From Alloascoidea hylecoeti (taxonomy: Eukaryota): DNA of 64,000 bases. The translations under genes and the position numbers were made by a program. The DNA lies in assembly GCA_001600815.1 (NCBI GenBank), contig BCKZ01000011.1, forward strand, positions 413,622-477,621, read 5' to 3'. Below are positions 10,778 through 24,706 of the stretch, in pieces (positions within the stretch are counted from its first letter, which is position 1; each line of letters starts with the position of its first letter). The notes beneath the pieces are model-generated. The model saw only the letters and a program-made list of their open reading frames with translations, had not been told where the DNA came from and made no database searches.

Positions 10778-12355
10778 CTAAACAACCTCGGGAGATGGTG
10801 AGCTCGGAGATTCATCATGACTTGGAGAATTCTTTTCTTCTTCATGATCAAGCCCGCGTCCCTTTATATCTTCAAGGTTCTTATTGGTAACATCAGGTAA
10901 GACTGGAACCCACGAAGCAGTTCTCCAAGCTGGAATCTTTTCATCCCACATTTGATTAATTTCTTCCAATGATTTACCCTTGGTCTCTGGAAACAGCAAA
11001 AACACATGAATGGTCATACAGAAACAAAACACAGCAAAAATTATATAGGTTCTCCAAGTGATGTTATGAAATGCGGGCGGTGTAAACATACCAATAGCAA
11101 AATTCAAGATCCAATTGGCAGCTGTTGTAATAGCGGTAGCCTTGGCCCTTTGTCTAGTGGGAAATATTTCTGAGCAATATAACCATGCGCCTGGACCCCA
11201 AGTTGGAGCAAAAGTACACACGAAGAGATAACAACATGCAATAATAGCCCTAGACGCTTTCTTGTTATGGACTAACAAATTCACATTTTCATTTCCATCT
11301 ACTGAATCAACTTTATCACCCCAAGCAGCAAGCAGCCCGGCAATTGCAAGTAACCAAATCATCATAATAAATGATCCACAATAAAGCAATGGACGCCGAC
11401 CCCAGTGGTCAATGAAAATCAGTGCAGGTATTGTCATTATCGTGTTTAGAACATATTGAATAGAAGACGCTACCAAGTTTGTATCACCTGAATAACCTGC
11501 CGATGCAAAAATGTAGACAATATAGTACATAAGAACATTCATACCAGTTAATTGTTGCCAAATTTGACAAAAGATACCAACCATTGATCTATTAATGTTT
11601 TCTTTAGAGAATAACTCGAGAAAAGACATTTCCTTGGCTTCTTTTTCGATTCTAATAGCTTCCCGAATTTCTTCCAACTCAATAAGAACAACCGGATCAT
11701 CTGAATTGTTTTTGGCCTGAACTTTTGCAATGATATCTACAGCCTCTTGCCACCTGTCATGTGCTGCTAACCAACGAGGGGACTCTGGTAAAAAGAATAT
11801 GCCAATGAATAGCAATATACCTGGGATAATTTGCAAACCCCAGGCCAATCTAAATGCTCCAACACCTTTGATTTTCGAGCAACCAAAACTGAGATAAAAC
11901 ATTATTAAGATACCCAAGGTTACTGACCATTGAAAGAAACAACCAAGTCTACCTCTAATCCTTTTGGGGGAAATCTCGGAAACATATACTGGAACTTGAG
12001 CAGATGCGAACCCAATAGCAAATCCAGAAATTATTCTTCCGCAAATAAGCTGTGCTCTATTCTGTGATGATGATTGTACAGCAGCACCAATACACCAAAT
12101 GACGGAAGAAATTTCAATTGATAACTTTCTTCCGTATCTATCTGAAATCACACCCACAATCAAGGAACCCAAAAAGGATCCACCACTCATACTACTTGTG
12201 ATACCCCCTTGAGTAACAGAATCAGGAGAATGGAAGTATCTTAGATAATTATCATCGTCAACAAATGCTGATACACTGCTAATGTCAAACCCAAATAAAG
12301 CACCTCCAATGCATGCTATAAATGTTGTAAGATATACGTTGTAAATTGTTCTCAT
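10778..12355 (-). CDS. HGT1: MFS sugar porter, high-affinity glucose transporter HGT1-like, 525 aa
   Basis: GGALFGFDISS, QGGITSSMSGGSFLGS, DRYGRK, PESPRWL, WQQLTGMNVLMYYIVYIF, LVASSIQYVLN and PETKGKSLEEI resemble recalled K. lactis/Candida Hgt1 sequences. Confidence 0.85.
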   Translation of the reverse strand: MRTIYNVYLTTFIACIGGALFGFDISSVSAFVDDDNYLRYFHSPDSVTQGGITSSMSGGSFLGSLIVGVISDRYGRKLSIEISSVIWCIGAAVQSSSQNRAQLICGRIISGFAIGFASAQVPVYVSEISPKRIRGRLGCFFQWSVTLGILIMFYLSFGCSKIKGVGAFRLAWGLQIIPGILLFIGIFFLPESPRWLAAHDRWQEAVDIIAKVQAKNNSDDPVVLIELEEIREAIRIEKEAKEMSFLELFSKENINRSMVGIFCQIWQQLTGMNVLMYYIVYIFASAGYSGDTNLVASSIQYVLNTIMTIPALIFIDHWGRRPLLYCGSFIMMIWLLAIAGLLAAWGDKVDSVDGNENVNLLVHNKKASRAIIACCYLFVCTFAPTWGPGAWLYCSEIFPTRQRAKATAITTAANWILNFAIGMFTPPAFHNITWRTYIIFAVFCFCMTIHVFLLFPETKGKSLEEINQMWDEKIPAWRTASWVPVLPDVTNKNLEDIKGRGLDHEEEKNSPSHDESPSSPSPEVV

Positions 12356-15300
12356 TCAGTTTATATCAATTTCAAAGTAAATATAGAAATGAGTTTTTAG
12401 TAAATCTGAGAACTGTTCAAACACGAGAATCAGCTTATATTTATATTCATGATAAAAAGTAAAAATCATGAAACACAGTTAATTGGAATTGGAAGCTACT
12501 TAATTATAATTGTAATCTTGATTAACATACTCCTAGTCCTGGATAATTCATCGGAAAAAATTTAATATAAATATGGTCATGATATAATTTATCACCAAGC
12601 TTAAGAGGAATAATATTCGGTATATCCATTGGAGTGGTAAACTATCATTATATCGCAATTGATATTAAATAATTATACATAGTACATATATATTTAATTC
12701 TAAAATTTTCTGATTAATATTGTCATTCTTTAACTCTTAATTTTCTATTGGCATGTTAATTAAGCTTGTTACACTCGACTCAAGCTTCAAGATTCAATTG
12801 CAAAATGTCTCATACATATGCAATGATTATATTATGCATCCTTTCTCCACACTGTCTTACAGCTCTAGAAGATTAAATGATTTGGAAAATCTGGAGTAAT
12901 GTGATCATTAATATTATATAGACCTTATCAAATGATCCTTATGTATAGTGGTGTTACTAGTGTGTAACTGTGTATACGTATGGATCCGGAGTATTATCAT
13001 TAATATTATTAAATAAATATAAATATAATTGCGAATCTAAAAATCTTGGAGCTCTTAGTCAAATGTTTAAGCAAGTTGGATCCAGCCTTTATAGAACAGA
13101 GCAATTAGCGCTTCGATTTTCATACGAGTATGCTTTTTTTTTGGTTTCTTTATTGACATCAGGGTGGCTGTTCAGCACGGGACATCATGGTGTCTTATAC
13201 ACTGGTATAGTCGGTGCTCCTTCAGGCTCAATACTGGATTACTGGTCATGCTAACTCCCACGAGTCAGTGAGACAATAACCCCAAATTCCTCTTACTATA
13301 TAGCATGTATCGGATCATCAGAAAACTAGTTTTTCCTAGTTTGCATCCGTGGATAATTAGAAAGTAGAAATCTAAATATCAATATTGATATCGATGCATA
13401 TGCACTTTTTGCAATTATATAATATAAATAATATGGAAGCGGATCCCCACATCAATCTCATTAAGTTCATAATTATAATTGTATTCCAAATTCAGTGCCT
13501 AATACCAATTGCAATCAATTAATCAATTTTATTATCAGTTATGTATTTACGTACTGCTAAGTTATTTGGTCAGTTAATTAGATCTAGGTAGCTCTCATGT
13601 ATAATAATAGCGGGATATCAATACTTTTTTCAATGGTATAAAATGAAACCAACCTGTAATATCAATAATTGTATAATATATAATTAATTAAATATGCTTG
13701 TACCCATATCTATGATATAAGGTTATACAGGTGCACTTATATAATATAATTTCTACTTAAAAGTGTAACTAGTACTAGTTAACGGGATATATCCACGGCT
13801 AATAAATAGGAAATGCAGGGGCCCAATATACGGATCATTGAAACAATATAACTTATATTATATAATAAACCCGGAATGAATTTTGGAGGTGACTTCATTT
13901 TTCCCAGCCAATAATATTATTGCACATCCTATTTTGCATTGATAGAATCTGAAGATCAAGCCATTAAAACGGGTGACTACTTTGCATGTTTTTTATATTA
14001 TGCCCTTAGAAATTAAAGCTAATACGATAAACTTACATAATCCGACACTAGTGTTAAACTTACTTACTTTCTTATCATCTATATAAGCATTGATGTTATT
14101 ATCTTGTACTTGTACTCCAGAGTATTGAAATATTAATGAAAAATATGACAGCGTATACAACATCGTGATCATGATCATATATCGATATCGTTCGACTGTG
14201 AATATATGAAAGGGGACAAGCCGATAATTATAAGCTTAATGATCAATGGTAAATGATAGGTCGCTAATAGTACAATTATAATGATTTGTGCCTTTCAAGG
14301 TTACATTTCAGTCATATAGCAATTATAACTAACGAGTTATAATATATGTTAATTTTCAGTGACCTTTCAATGACCATTGTGGAGAATTTCCCCGAAAAAA
14401 TTCATTTTTACACCTAATATTAATTAATATTATGAATACTTAAAAATACTAAGCTATATATATATCTAATATATATCTAATTTTAAAACAGAAAAATCTA
14501 ATGATTATGTATTTTAAGCAATTATAAGGTTATGAACTTATGATCATGATATGCCATATTATTACAAGTAGATTTCAATTACGATTAATATTGGTTTTAA
14601 TTTAACAAAGTACTATAGCTATAGTATTAATTTAAGTAGATGTGGACTGGACTCTTTGTAGAGCCTACATACTACATTGCATATATTTCGTACACCCTAC
14701 CCCACGTCCTTAACCGGGGCCCCATTTTTTGATCGCTTCTGTGACAGTGACACACAATTACATCCCTGTAAATAAGTATTTTAATACGAATATATGTCAA
14801 GTTGTCAACGGGTTGCAATTGTTATAATTATTATTTATAGGGTGTATTACATAGGCCCATACGACGTTACAAATTGCAATGTCAATTACATATGAAAAAA
14901 TATTAGCTCTAATCAAGAGCCACATAGATTCTATTTTATAAGAGCTCCACACCTATAAGGTCTTAACAGTCTTATAATTAATTATTGCTTATAGCTAGTG
15001 TTCGTATAACATAGTACGTTATCAACTTTTCACTTGAAGCTGATCTTGTGTAGGCCTACGTGTTATGAAATATATATTATGGAAAAGAGGTACTATATAC
15101 TATATAGTACAATTTTAAAAGCCTTGGACCTGTCAAAAGCTTTGGGACAACCCTTAATGAGGCACCATTGAATGGTGACCCCAAGTATTGCGATGTGTAG
15201 ATTATTTAGTATATCCCGTGGCCTAAATTAAATAGATGTGACCCTGCTTTGGATTGTGTTTGGATGTTATTTTTTTACACCTAGTTATGTAAGCTACAGT

Positions 15301-16445
15301 ACATGCCCTCAACTTGAAACCAATTTTCACAAAAATTCATCCACGTATTGTACTATGATACATACATATACTACAAAGTGATAAGGTAACAGTTGTAATA
15401 CTTCAATTTAAAGAAGTCAACTATAATATTAATAATTTTGCTAGCGTGAAATATATTAAATTCGGATAAATCTATATAAAAGTTAAATCGGAGTCCTATT
15501 TTCAGGTAATCATGCACATGAAGTAGATATATCCTGCGCTTAGTCCCCAATGACTCTCTGTTGTACATGCCTTTGATTTCGGTCTCGCCATTTTCAGAGG
15601 GTACCAGGCGATACTAAACCGAAATCAGGTTCAAATTCAATCGATCAAAACCAAAACCGAAACAGACAGACACTGGTACCCATTAACTTGATGTCGTATG
15701 ATCGATCGTTCGGTTTTCATATATTTATAGTGATGAAGTCAAAATGATGGAACCTCCAAGAGTGCCCTACTAGTACACACACACACACGTATATCACTAC
15801 ATATTAAATAATCAGCAACATATACAGACATCAAAACCATAACGAATCTAGGAATGCCAAACTGTTGGAGGTCCGAAACCAAGTTTCGATTGTGATTCAT
15901 TTGAGATTTTCAAATTAAAGACCTTAAGTTTTCCTCGAATGCCTATAAATAGTGCATACTCGACCATATATGGCAAAGCTGGTCACATGTCTTGTGGATC
16001 TCTAAATTAGAGAAAGTCGTGTGATCATGTGATCATCTCCCGACCATAAAAGGGCCTGTGTTCCACTTGTCAGGGGAAGGTCAAGCTTTAATCGGACTAA
16101 TATCTACTAATACACAGTAAGACTAGCATCACGATTAATACGCCACTATAACAGTTTCTAATACAATTTATTCTTCAATCATGAGAACGCTATATTTTAC
16201 CAATATAGTTATCATATATATTAATCCGGGATCAGTTAGAATTATAGGATCCGGAGTCCGGACACAGTAGAGAATCTGATTTCGATAATGATGATTGTGA
16301 AATACCCGGTTTAGCATATAAAGATATATGTATACAGATGGTCTCAAAAAAGAACCAATTGCAGTTAACCATGTTTTGTAACTATAAATTCGTAATAAGC
16401 TTATAAAATGTGTAATTGTCAGCCATAAGTAATAGGTTCGATTTC

Positions 16446-16502
16446 ATTAGTCTGGAAGAGTTTGATTAGTCTGGAAGAGTTTGATTAGTCTGGAAGAGTT
16501 TG
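16446..16502. repeat. 19-bp tandem repeat x3 (ATTAGTCTGGAAGAGTTTG)
   Basis: Three exact adjacent copies with no spacers. Confidence 0.92.
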
Positions 16503-17184
16503 AAAAAAAAACATATTAGTGCTAGCATCAATATTGCACAGCCCAAATAAGTTGGAGTTAATTAGAAGTAGTATGATAGAACTAGAGAGTCATAAATAAT
16601 TTCTAATTGATATCTTCTGGATACTTATTTACCTAATATTATTTGAATAATACGAATTTTGCAGTATCCAGTAAGTTATAATGTTTTTAGGTAATTATTA
16701 CATGGTCATGTATACAGTTTTCTTTGGACGAATTATTCTGATTCCGGTTAAATTCCACAGGCAGCTGTTATATAACCCTTAGCCATTACTTATATATTAA
16801 ATCACCATCCTAAGTCTACGTCGAATAGAAAAGACAAAGCTGAGGTTTTTTTTGGTCGAGTTTCCCTTTTCATAGAACAACTTTATATATAATTTTAATG
16901 GCACGTCAGTGTATTTTTTTGACTCTTATTTTGATTGACGGTTCTGGTGAAGGAAAGATAAACGAGAGGTTTGAGTTTTACCATCTGTTCATGAAAGGTT
17001 TGACTATTATATATTTGAATTAGAAAGTTTTACTAGAATGTTTTAAATAATATACATTATTATTATTATTATACAAGATTTATGCGAAAATGATAAATAA
17101 AAGCAGTTATATAGTATATGAGAATGAAGTTAAATGAAATCCGAAATGTAATAAAATATAAATATCAATCAATATTAATTATGC

Positions 17185-18347
17185 TTAACAAGTTTTGGAT
17201 TCAGGGACTGATCCTGATGAAGGGATAATTTCAATCTGACTATCATAGGACCCAATATTTGATGCTGATTGTGCAATTGAAGCTTGAGAGTTATTCAAAT
17301 CAAATACAACATATGCACTTCTTAAAAATGAATTTCCTAGAATTGAAACTGGTCCCGAAGTAGGAATCAATTTCAAGGTGCATTTGTTTGCAGACTTAGA
17401 TGTCTTTAGGAGGTCTTGAAGAGGAACACTTATAGTGGAGCATCCAAAGGAGAATTCAATATTTCTAGAAGAATCACAAGGAAGTGAGTATCGGGAGTTG
17501 TGTTGATTGTATTGAGTGCCCAATGAGGCGGCAATGTTAGCGATAACATCAGCAGGGAGATAACTTAATGTTAATCCTGTGTCAAAAAGAACATCAAATT
17601 TCGATTCTGAACCTCATTCGAAACTCCCATCCGAAATTTTAAGACCTGTTAACTCAACGGTTGTTCTTGTATCACTTGTGATTGGAACTGTGACTAAACC
17701 TCAACTCCTTCAAATAAAATGGTTCCTTTGTCTTCTGAAGCTGAATCTAAATGGATGGGATATATTCGGGACTCAATAATTCCTGCATTGATCTCCTCCC
17801 AATGAAGCTAACCCAATACCGAACACTCCCATACTGTTGTCAGAATGAGTATCAACTGCAAATGTAAAATCATTAACAGTTTCTCCCCCTAGAACGATAT
17901 AGTCGGTAACCCAGTCACCTATGGTAACACTACCATCTCCATATTCAACTCGAAAGTTATCGTTGATTTTGCTAGACTTCTATGATCGAAAGTTCCTAGT
18001 GATTGACATTTACCATTACAGTTAAGGTTTTCAGATACAACGACCCATAAATCGGAAGATTCAGTATCAAAATTAACGGTAATCTTTTGAGGAGGATTAC
18101 CGATCTCGACATCAACCTAATACTATTTTTCATTTTGTAGGAACACATCAAAAGTGGATTTCTGAGCTTTGATTTCTGAGCTTTGATTTCTTTACCAGTT
18201 TTTCCTGTGATGTTTCTCAACACCGAAGGATCAGGTTTTAATGAATGAACGAGAGAATTGTAATCAATGGAATCCTTGAGCGACGGAAGTACCAATTAAT
18301 GAAGCTAAGATTGCGGCCAGTTGTAAAGTAGTATAAGAGTTTTTCAT
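17185..18347 (-). pseudogene. Secreted aspartic protease pseudogene, copy 2
   Basis: Signal peptide MKNSYTTLQLAAILASLIGTSVAQ, then stops (TGA, TGA, TAA, TAG-TAT-TAG), DTE instead of DTG, and frameshifts. The C-terminal 112 codons translate identically to copy 1. Confidence 0.88.
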
Positions 18348-21094
18348 TTTTAATAATAATAATAATAATAATAGTAGTAGTAGTGAATTGAAGTGTATAC
18401 ACCTAATATGAATGTGAATGAATGAATGATAATTGGTGATGTAGATAATTCTGAATATTTATAATCAAAATTAATGTTGCAAATTAATCCATATGATATA
18501 TGACATACACTACTAGATCGGAGTAATATCGCTATATAGATATAAGATCTTATACCGGTATACCCCTTTATCCGATTTGGATCTGTTTAAGATTTCTAAT
18601 TCTCTAAATTTCAGAATTTCAAGATCAATATTAATAATTTAATGATAAAATTTGCAATTGTTGGTTATTCCGAAATAATGTACATAAAAACCTTATGCAT
18701 GTCTCATGATATTCAATTTCTCAAAATATCGAACTATATTTCTTCCAAAAGACGAAATACAAGGAAACGAAATAGCTAAATATTTGTTTGATAAATGGCG
18801 TAATAATTAAAAACGAAAGCGACCCAAAAGGCTTACAAATATAGTCAAATCAGAGTGGAAAAACTGTACATCAACACAAATGCGGAATTAGCTGATGAAA
18901 TATATGTCAAAAAATGGAACGAAATAAGAGCGTGGAGATTATCGAAACCTTTGTCACCCAAACATTTAGTGAAACTACATCCTCAGATTTCCCGAATAGG
19001 GAGACGAAATGTATGCGAAGCATATGACCCAATATATTTAAGCTAACTAAGGAAATTAATTTCACTCTGGCAACTAAGTTTTAAACTCCAGTATGCCTAA
19101 AATACACATATGTACTATGACGAAAATTGTCCTCCGATATAGCTAATTAAGAGTGAAAAAACGGTATTTATATCGCGATATCATATAGATATATAACAAT
19201 TAATTATAACATTATAAGTGATAAGAGTAAGCTGGCGATTAAGTTATTTAAAGGAACCTATATCCTAATTTCGCTTTATCTAGCTGTAGGGTAATCCTTG
19301 ATGAACACTCCATTATGGCTTCTGGTATTCATACTTTTTTTGAGTGGGAAGCAAATAAATTAAAGTATTGAGTATTTGTAAATTCTTTAGATTTAAGTTT
19401 AGGAGAAGAGTCAGAGAATTGAACCTAGTGTTAATTTATATAAAAATTCTCATCCAATTCTCTTTTTTTACACAGTTATTAGTCTTAATGTATTTTACTT
19501 CTATTTTCAAGTTCAATAATATAAATATAGTTTAACCTTACGAGGTTGTTATAATTTATGTCTACAATCTAATAATACATTTAAGACTATCATCGCGATT
19601 AAGCATATGCATATTGCAATTGATATAGTTAACGCTGTTTATTAAGTGACCCCATTAGTATTTTGATCTCTTGGTTGACGTTCCGATCAATTATCACTAG
19701 TATGCGTACTGCTAACTTGCCAGTCATTCAGACAGAGAACATTTATAAATATCTTATTATATCAAAATCATAGATGAGTTAAATATAAAATTGAGTCCCA
19801 AAAATAGACCTATAACTTGTAGATCGTATATTGAGAATATTTATATAATCGAATTGGTTCTAGCTATATATAACTTCTATTATATAGCTTTTAGGGGAAA
19901 GTATTTACATATTTATGTAGGGGTTGTTTCAATATATGATCTAAATTTATATTTGCATCTAAGTTTTGGTTGAATGGATTTGATGTTAATTAATGAGCTC
20001 AAAAAATCATAAGTTTTCATTAAAGGAGCGCATTATCTTCAAGAAGTGAATTGACATTAACCCAGAAAACAACTACTAGTATAAGAAGATTGTTAAAATG
20101 ACATTACTAACGAACAAAAACCAAGATGTTTTTCTTCAAAAATATAAAATAAAAATAAAATAAAGTAAAATAGAACACATCCCAATTGCAATCACTTATT
20201 TAAGAATGGATTTCGGGTTTTTTTCCATATTTTTCTGGACAACACACAAAATTTAGATCACGTAAGAATGTATAATAATTTATGTAATATGAGCCATGGA
20301 CCTTGGTTGTACCTGGCAGCTGTGTTTGCTTGGCTATCATGTTTGACGCGTTTGGTCATAAAGAATCTGGATCACCTTATCTTATTAACTGGTGGTGCCT
20401 TCATTCTCTCTGAGCCGGCCGGCTTTGTTGGACAAAATTCCTGATATCAATAATCGTCGTTCATGTGATTGATGATTAGGTAATCAATTACGTAATAATT
20501 CTATCTTTGTGCCATCAAACTTTATTAAAATAACTGAATTTCTAAATTACAAATTCTTGACGATTTAAGCGCATGCGATCGATTGCCTGATTTGCGTTTT
20601 ACAGTGCTTGAGTTTTAGTTGATCGGATCATCGAAATCAACCAATATATGGCTATAAGAAAAGATGGTTTGAATAGCATAAACAATATCGAAATGAGGTT
20701 TAATTTATATCATTAGATGTATGAAATAATGAGTTAGAAAGGAAAGAAATCGGCCACCTGATTGTTTGATATAAGATCTAGGAATGTAAAAAATTAAAAT
20801 AATTCATCCTCCATAGACGGAACCAGTCAGAATTTGTGAGTAACAAGACAATCTGAATGTTAATAAAATCGATAATAATCTACCAGTAGATAATTATAAA
20901 AAAAGCCTGATCAAATCATAAAGGACACATAACAAAAATTTTATTATCCTCCTCTTTTTCTTCTTCATTCTTTAAATTATATATAAACCACGACTTTCAG
21001 GCTCGAGGCTGTTATAATAATAATAGGCATTTTATAATTTTCAAATCCAGATCTCATTCTTTCAAATAGTTATAAAACTCACGAAACAAACCAA

Positions 21095-22177
21095 ATGAGT
21101 GGCCATTATACAGTTAAATCGATGGATATCCTCCATACCATCATGTTTGATAATAAAGGAAAGGATAAATTAGCGAAATTTGTACAGTACGGAGCTAAAT
21201 TAATAGCTATATCCTCAAATGATGTTTCATCATTCTCGTCTAAGGTTTTAAAAAAAAAAGATACAAAACAATCGGAAAAAATTAATTTTATTGAAAGTGT
21301 TGATTCAGTTTCAAGTTCAACATCTAGTAGTGAATCTTCATCAGATAATGAAGACTCCGCAACTACCACTGGTATTACTGTCATTGACGATAAACAACAT
21401 TTGAAACGAAATATTACTGCAACAACAACAGTGACAACCAACATCATTAGTCATTCCAGATCTCAAGCATATAAACTTAAAGATCCAAATCTTATTTTAC
21501 TAGATAATACACTATTCACAATAATTTCCTATTTACAAATTCATCTATGCCGTTTTCTATTTAATACTCTAAAATCAATTCCAAATCGATTAGATGGTAT
21601 AATTAAAGGATTATCATTATATCGACATTTCCATCGGGTTGGGAAGTCATTAGATATGTTATTAAAAATGAAAAAACATTGGTTTTTATGTTTAAAGCAA
21701 GCATCGTTAAGTCCGGAGACTTCATTAGATACAATATTATTATTAACATTAACAAATGAAGCTCAATCAAGGAAATTCTTATCATTTTTCTTTAGTGTAA
21801 AACTCCTTCTATTATTTATGCAATTTTATCAATATATTAATGATGAAATTCATCTAGTGTTTAAACTTCATATTTTGGATAATGATAAAATTGATAAATT
21901 CGCCTACATTAATTCAAAGATCGCATGGCAGATAAATATTACATCAGATCTTATAGTTTGTTATAGTGAATATTTGAATCACACAAAAAGTTTTGATATT
22001 ATTCCAATTAATTTATATCTTACCATTTTTAAATTGTGTAATGATTTTTGTTATTGCTGGCTAGATATAGATCTATTTGGCCATGCAAATCCAAAAAAGA
22101 GAGAATACTTAATGGATCTATTTGCATTTGCATCAGCAGGTATTGGTTTATACCAATGGATTGAAGCTATTAATTAA
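21095..22177 (+). CDS. PEX25: Pex11-family peroxisomal membrane protein, Pex25-like, 360 aa
   Basis: N-terminal GKDKLAKFVQY, central LSLYRHFHRVG and hydrophobic C-terminus (LFAFASAGIGLYQW) fit the Pex11/Pex25 family. Confidence 0.65.
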   Translation: MSGHYTVKSMDILHTIMFDNKGKDKLAKFVQYGAKLIAISSNDVSSFSSKVLKKKDTKQSEKINFIESVDSVSSSTSSSESSSDNEDSATTTGITVIDDKQHLKRNITATTTVTTNIISHSRSQAYKLKDPNLILLDNTLFTIISYLQIHLCRFLFNTLKSIPNRLDGIIKGLSLYRHFHRVGKSLDMLLKMKKHWFLCLKQASLSPETSLDTILLLTLTNEAQSRKFLSFFFSVKLLLLFMQFYQYINDEIHLVFKLHILDNDKIDKFAYINSKIAWQINITSDLIVCYSEYLNHTKSFDIIPINLYLTIFKLCNDFCYCWLDIDLFGHANPKKREYLMDLFAFASAGIGLYQWIEAIN

Positions 22178-24706
22178 TGTCTTTATGGTTGAAAGTTAAT
22201 AGATATAATCATTGCCTCGAAGCAATGAGGAGGGTTTTTTAGGATATCGATTATATTGTTCTCTGTAAATAATCATTGAAATTGATTCACCATTTCATAA
22301 GGTTTTATGGCGGGGCCTCACATCTATAAGTTGCAGTTAAATTTTCAAGAAGTTTCTAACTTTATATATCTAGTAGTATAATTTATTTATCACAAGCTTG
22401 CAATTGCTTAATAAATATAATATAATTATATTCGTAGCATTGATAAATTTAGGGACTGCTAATTGATCACATAGCTATAGTACGTACCCTATTAATTAGA
22501 CTTGGAATTGCATTATAAAACCAAACCTTACTTCATTATACTTAGAGGTACGAGAGGAACAGCTGATTCGGATAATTGGTTTTTGCATGCTGCGAAGCAC
22601 CGGCTGGTGTTTTAGGTAGTAAGTATTATTCACGAGACCATACTAATTGGATAAAAGGTTAAAGCGAGAGTTTAATTTTCTGGATAAATATAAGGGTTTC
22701 ATACATTTATAATACACATGTATTAGCATACTTAATTAATCCAGCCATTTAAATTGTACTGCTATAAAGTTTATATACTTATAGGCCTATATTATATCAT
22801 TTATCCCCATACTACTGTAATACTATTATCAGTATTGCTATATATACCAATATCTAAATTAAATACTATCATCATTAGGTAGACAGGCGATCTATATAGA
22901 TGAGAATAAATATGATATTCAATTATATACAACTAACGGCCCCCAAATCTAGTAAGTATTATAGTAAGTAAGATTCCTGAAAGCGTATACCGGTAATTTA
23001 ATTGTTATAATATTCATGTACGGTCGTCATCGTATACGGAAGTTTACTATTTAGCTTTATCCAGGAATATCTTGCAATGCTTTTCATATTTTTTAATGTC
23101 AATATATTGATCTCAAACCCAAAAATTTTGAAGTCACCATCGTAAATCAGCAAAATATGATTCAAACATTAATGACAAAACGTCCGTGGGCCGAGGCTAT
23201 AATTAATTGCTAGCCATTATAATTAAACACACATAGCTTATACAATAGGAACTACTATATCATTGCAATTGTAATATTCACCAAATGATAATTTAATTAA
23301 GACAATATTTGTTGTCTCAAAAATAAAGAATGGAGAAGAATGTTAAGTTGTTGTGGAGAATCAACTGGAAAAAAGAAAAAGATCATTCATATATATAATT
23401 AACGGTTGTGCAGGAACGTTATAATTATATTGTAAATATGATTAGTTATGCTTCCATAGTTATCAACGGTTTTCGCATAGGTATCTTTATTTATTAAGCT
23501 TATATAAAACTTTAACGTAATAAGATAGCGATAAGCTTCCGGTCGTCAAAACAAAACCTTAAGCTTAAAAATACTGTCCGATCCATCTCTGGGATAATTA
23601 AATAATTATTGCCCTGATTATGTAAGTATTAGTGTTTCGGACAAATGTTCATGAATCTTCTTAGCATGATTCTAAAGCATTAACAACATTGACTTTTGTT
23701 CCTTGAAAGTAAGGGACAAATTATGTATAATTATAATAGTTTAAATAATACACATTGAAATATACATATCTTTCTTTATCTCTTGTAGTTAACGTTATAT
23801 AATTGGTTGTCTCTAATTTTCCAAATGAATTGAAAATGGTTGAAAATGCTTCTATCCTAATATCTTCCATCTTGATTGATTTAAATTAAATTTGAGCATT
23901 TTAAAACTAACATACAGATACGATTTTAGAGTAATATTCGTACACTAATTAAACGGTGTTAATAAAGCCTTTACGCTTTAACCTAGATTGTCACAATATT
24001 GTCTTAGTGTGGGTTATGAACTTATGAACCCTTGAACGTAACTGCAAATTTAAAGAGGTCCAGATCATCATATTATCATTTAATAGTATATCAGGATGCA
24101 AATTAATTTAACAACTCCAAAAAAAGAGAGAAAATATTTTCATTATAACGCCTTTGAGTCAATGAGTCATATATAATACAACACTTTTGTATATTCATGA
24201 ACCAATGCAATATTTAACTAAGTATATATCAAAACCTATTTCTATAAAGATACAAAAGAGAGATGAAAAAAAAAAAGATATAATTTAGAAAAAAATTATA
24301 AAATATGTAAATGAAGTAAATAAATATAAATAGCAAAATATATAGTGCAATTGTCAAAACAAAACAAAAAAAATCAAACATAAGTTAGGTTTTTTGTATA
24401 CTTATGTGCCTTGATTATTTCTTTGGTTTTTGAATTGAATGCTAGAATGAATGCAAAACGATAATAAGACATCTAAAATCAATTGAAAGTTAATGTTCGT
24501 TTTAAACTTCAAATGGATCATTATTAGAATTAAATAAATTAAGTGTACCAAGAAGTTATCATAATATAAAAAAATGAATGTTTTTTGTTGTAAAGATAGT
24601 GTAAAAAAAATGAACGTTTTTGTTGTAAAAATGATATAAAAAAAAGGATTGGTTTTTGTTGTAAAAGGATAGTAATAATGTTTCAGTATGGTTTACAATT
24701 GATGTT

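Noticed and set aside
16425..16445. GGTTCGATTTC resembling a tRNA T-loop/B-box
   Set aside because: No cloverleaf stems or A-box at suitable spacing; no tRNA gene supported anywhere in the window.
16446..16502. Short repeats resembling a CRISPR array (also 2237-2279 and 33403-33528)
   Set aside because: No unique spacers, no cas genes and a eukaryotic context; these are simple tandem repeats.
17996..18295. 99-aa ORF in protease copy 2
   Set aside because: Off-frame reading of the pseudogene; protease motifs lie in a different, stop-interrupted frame.
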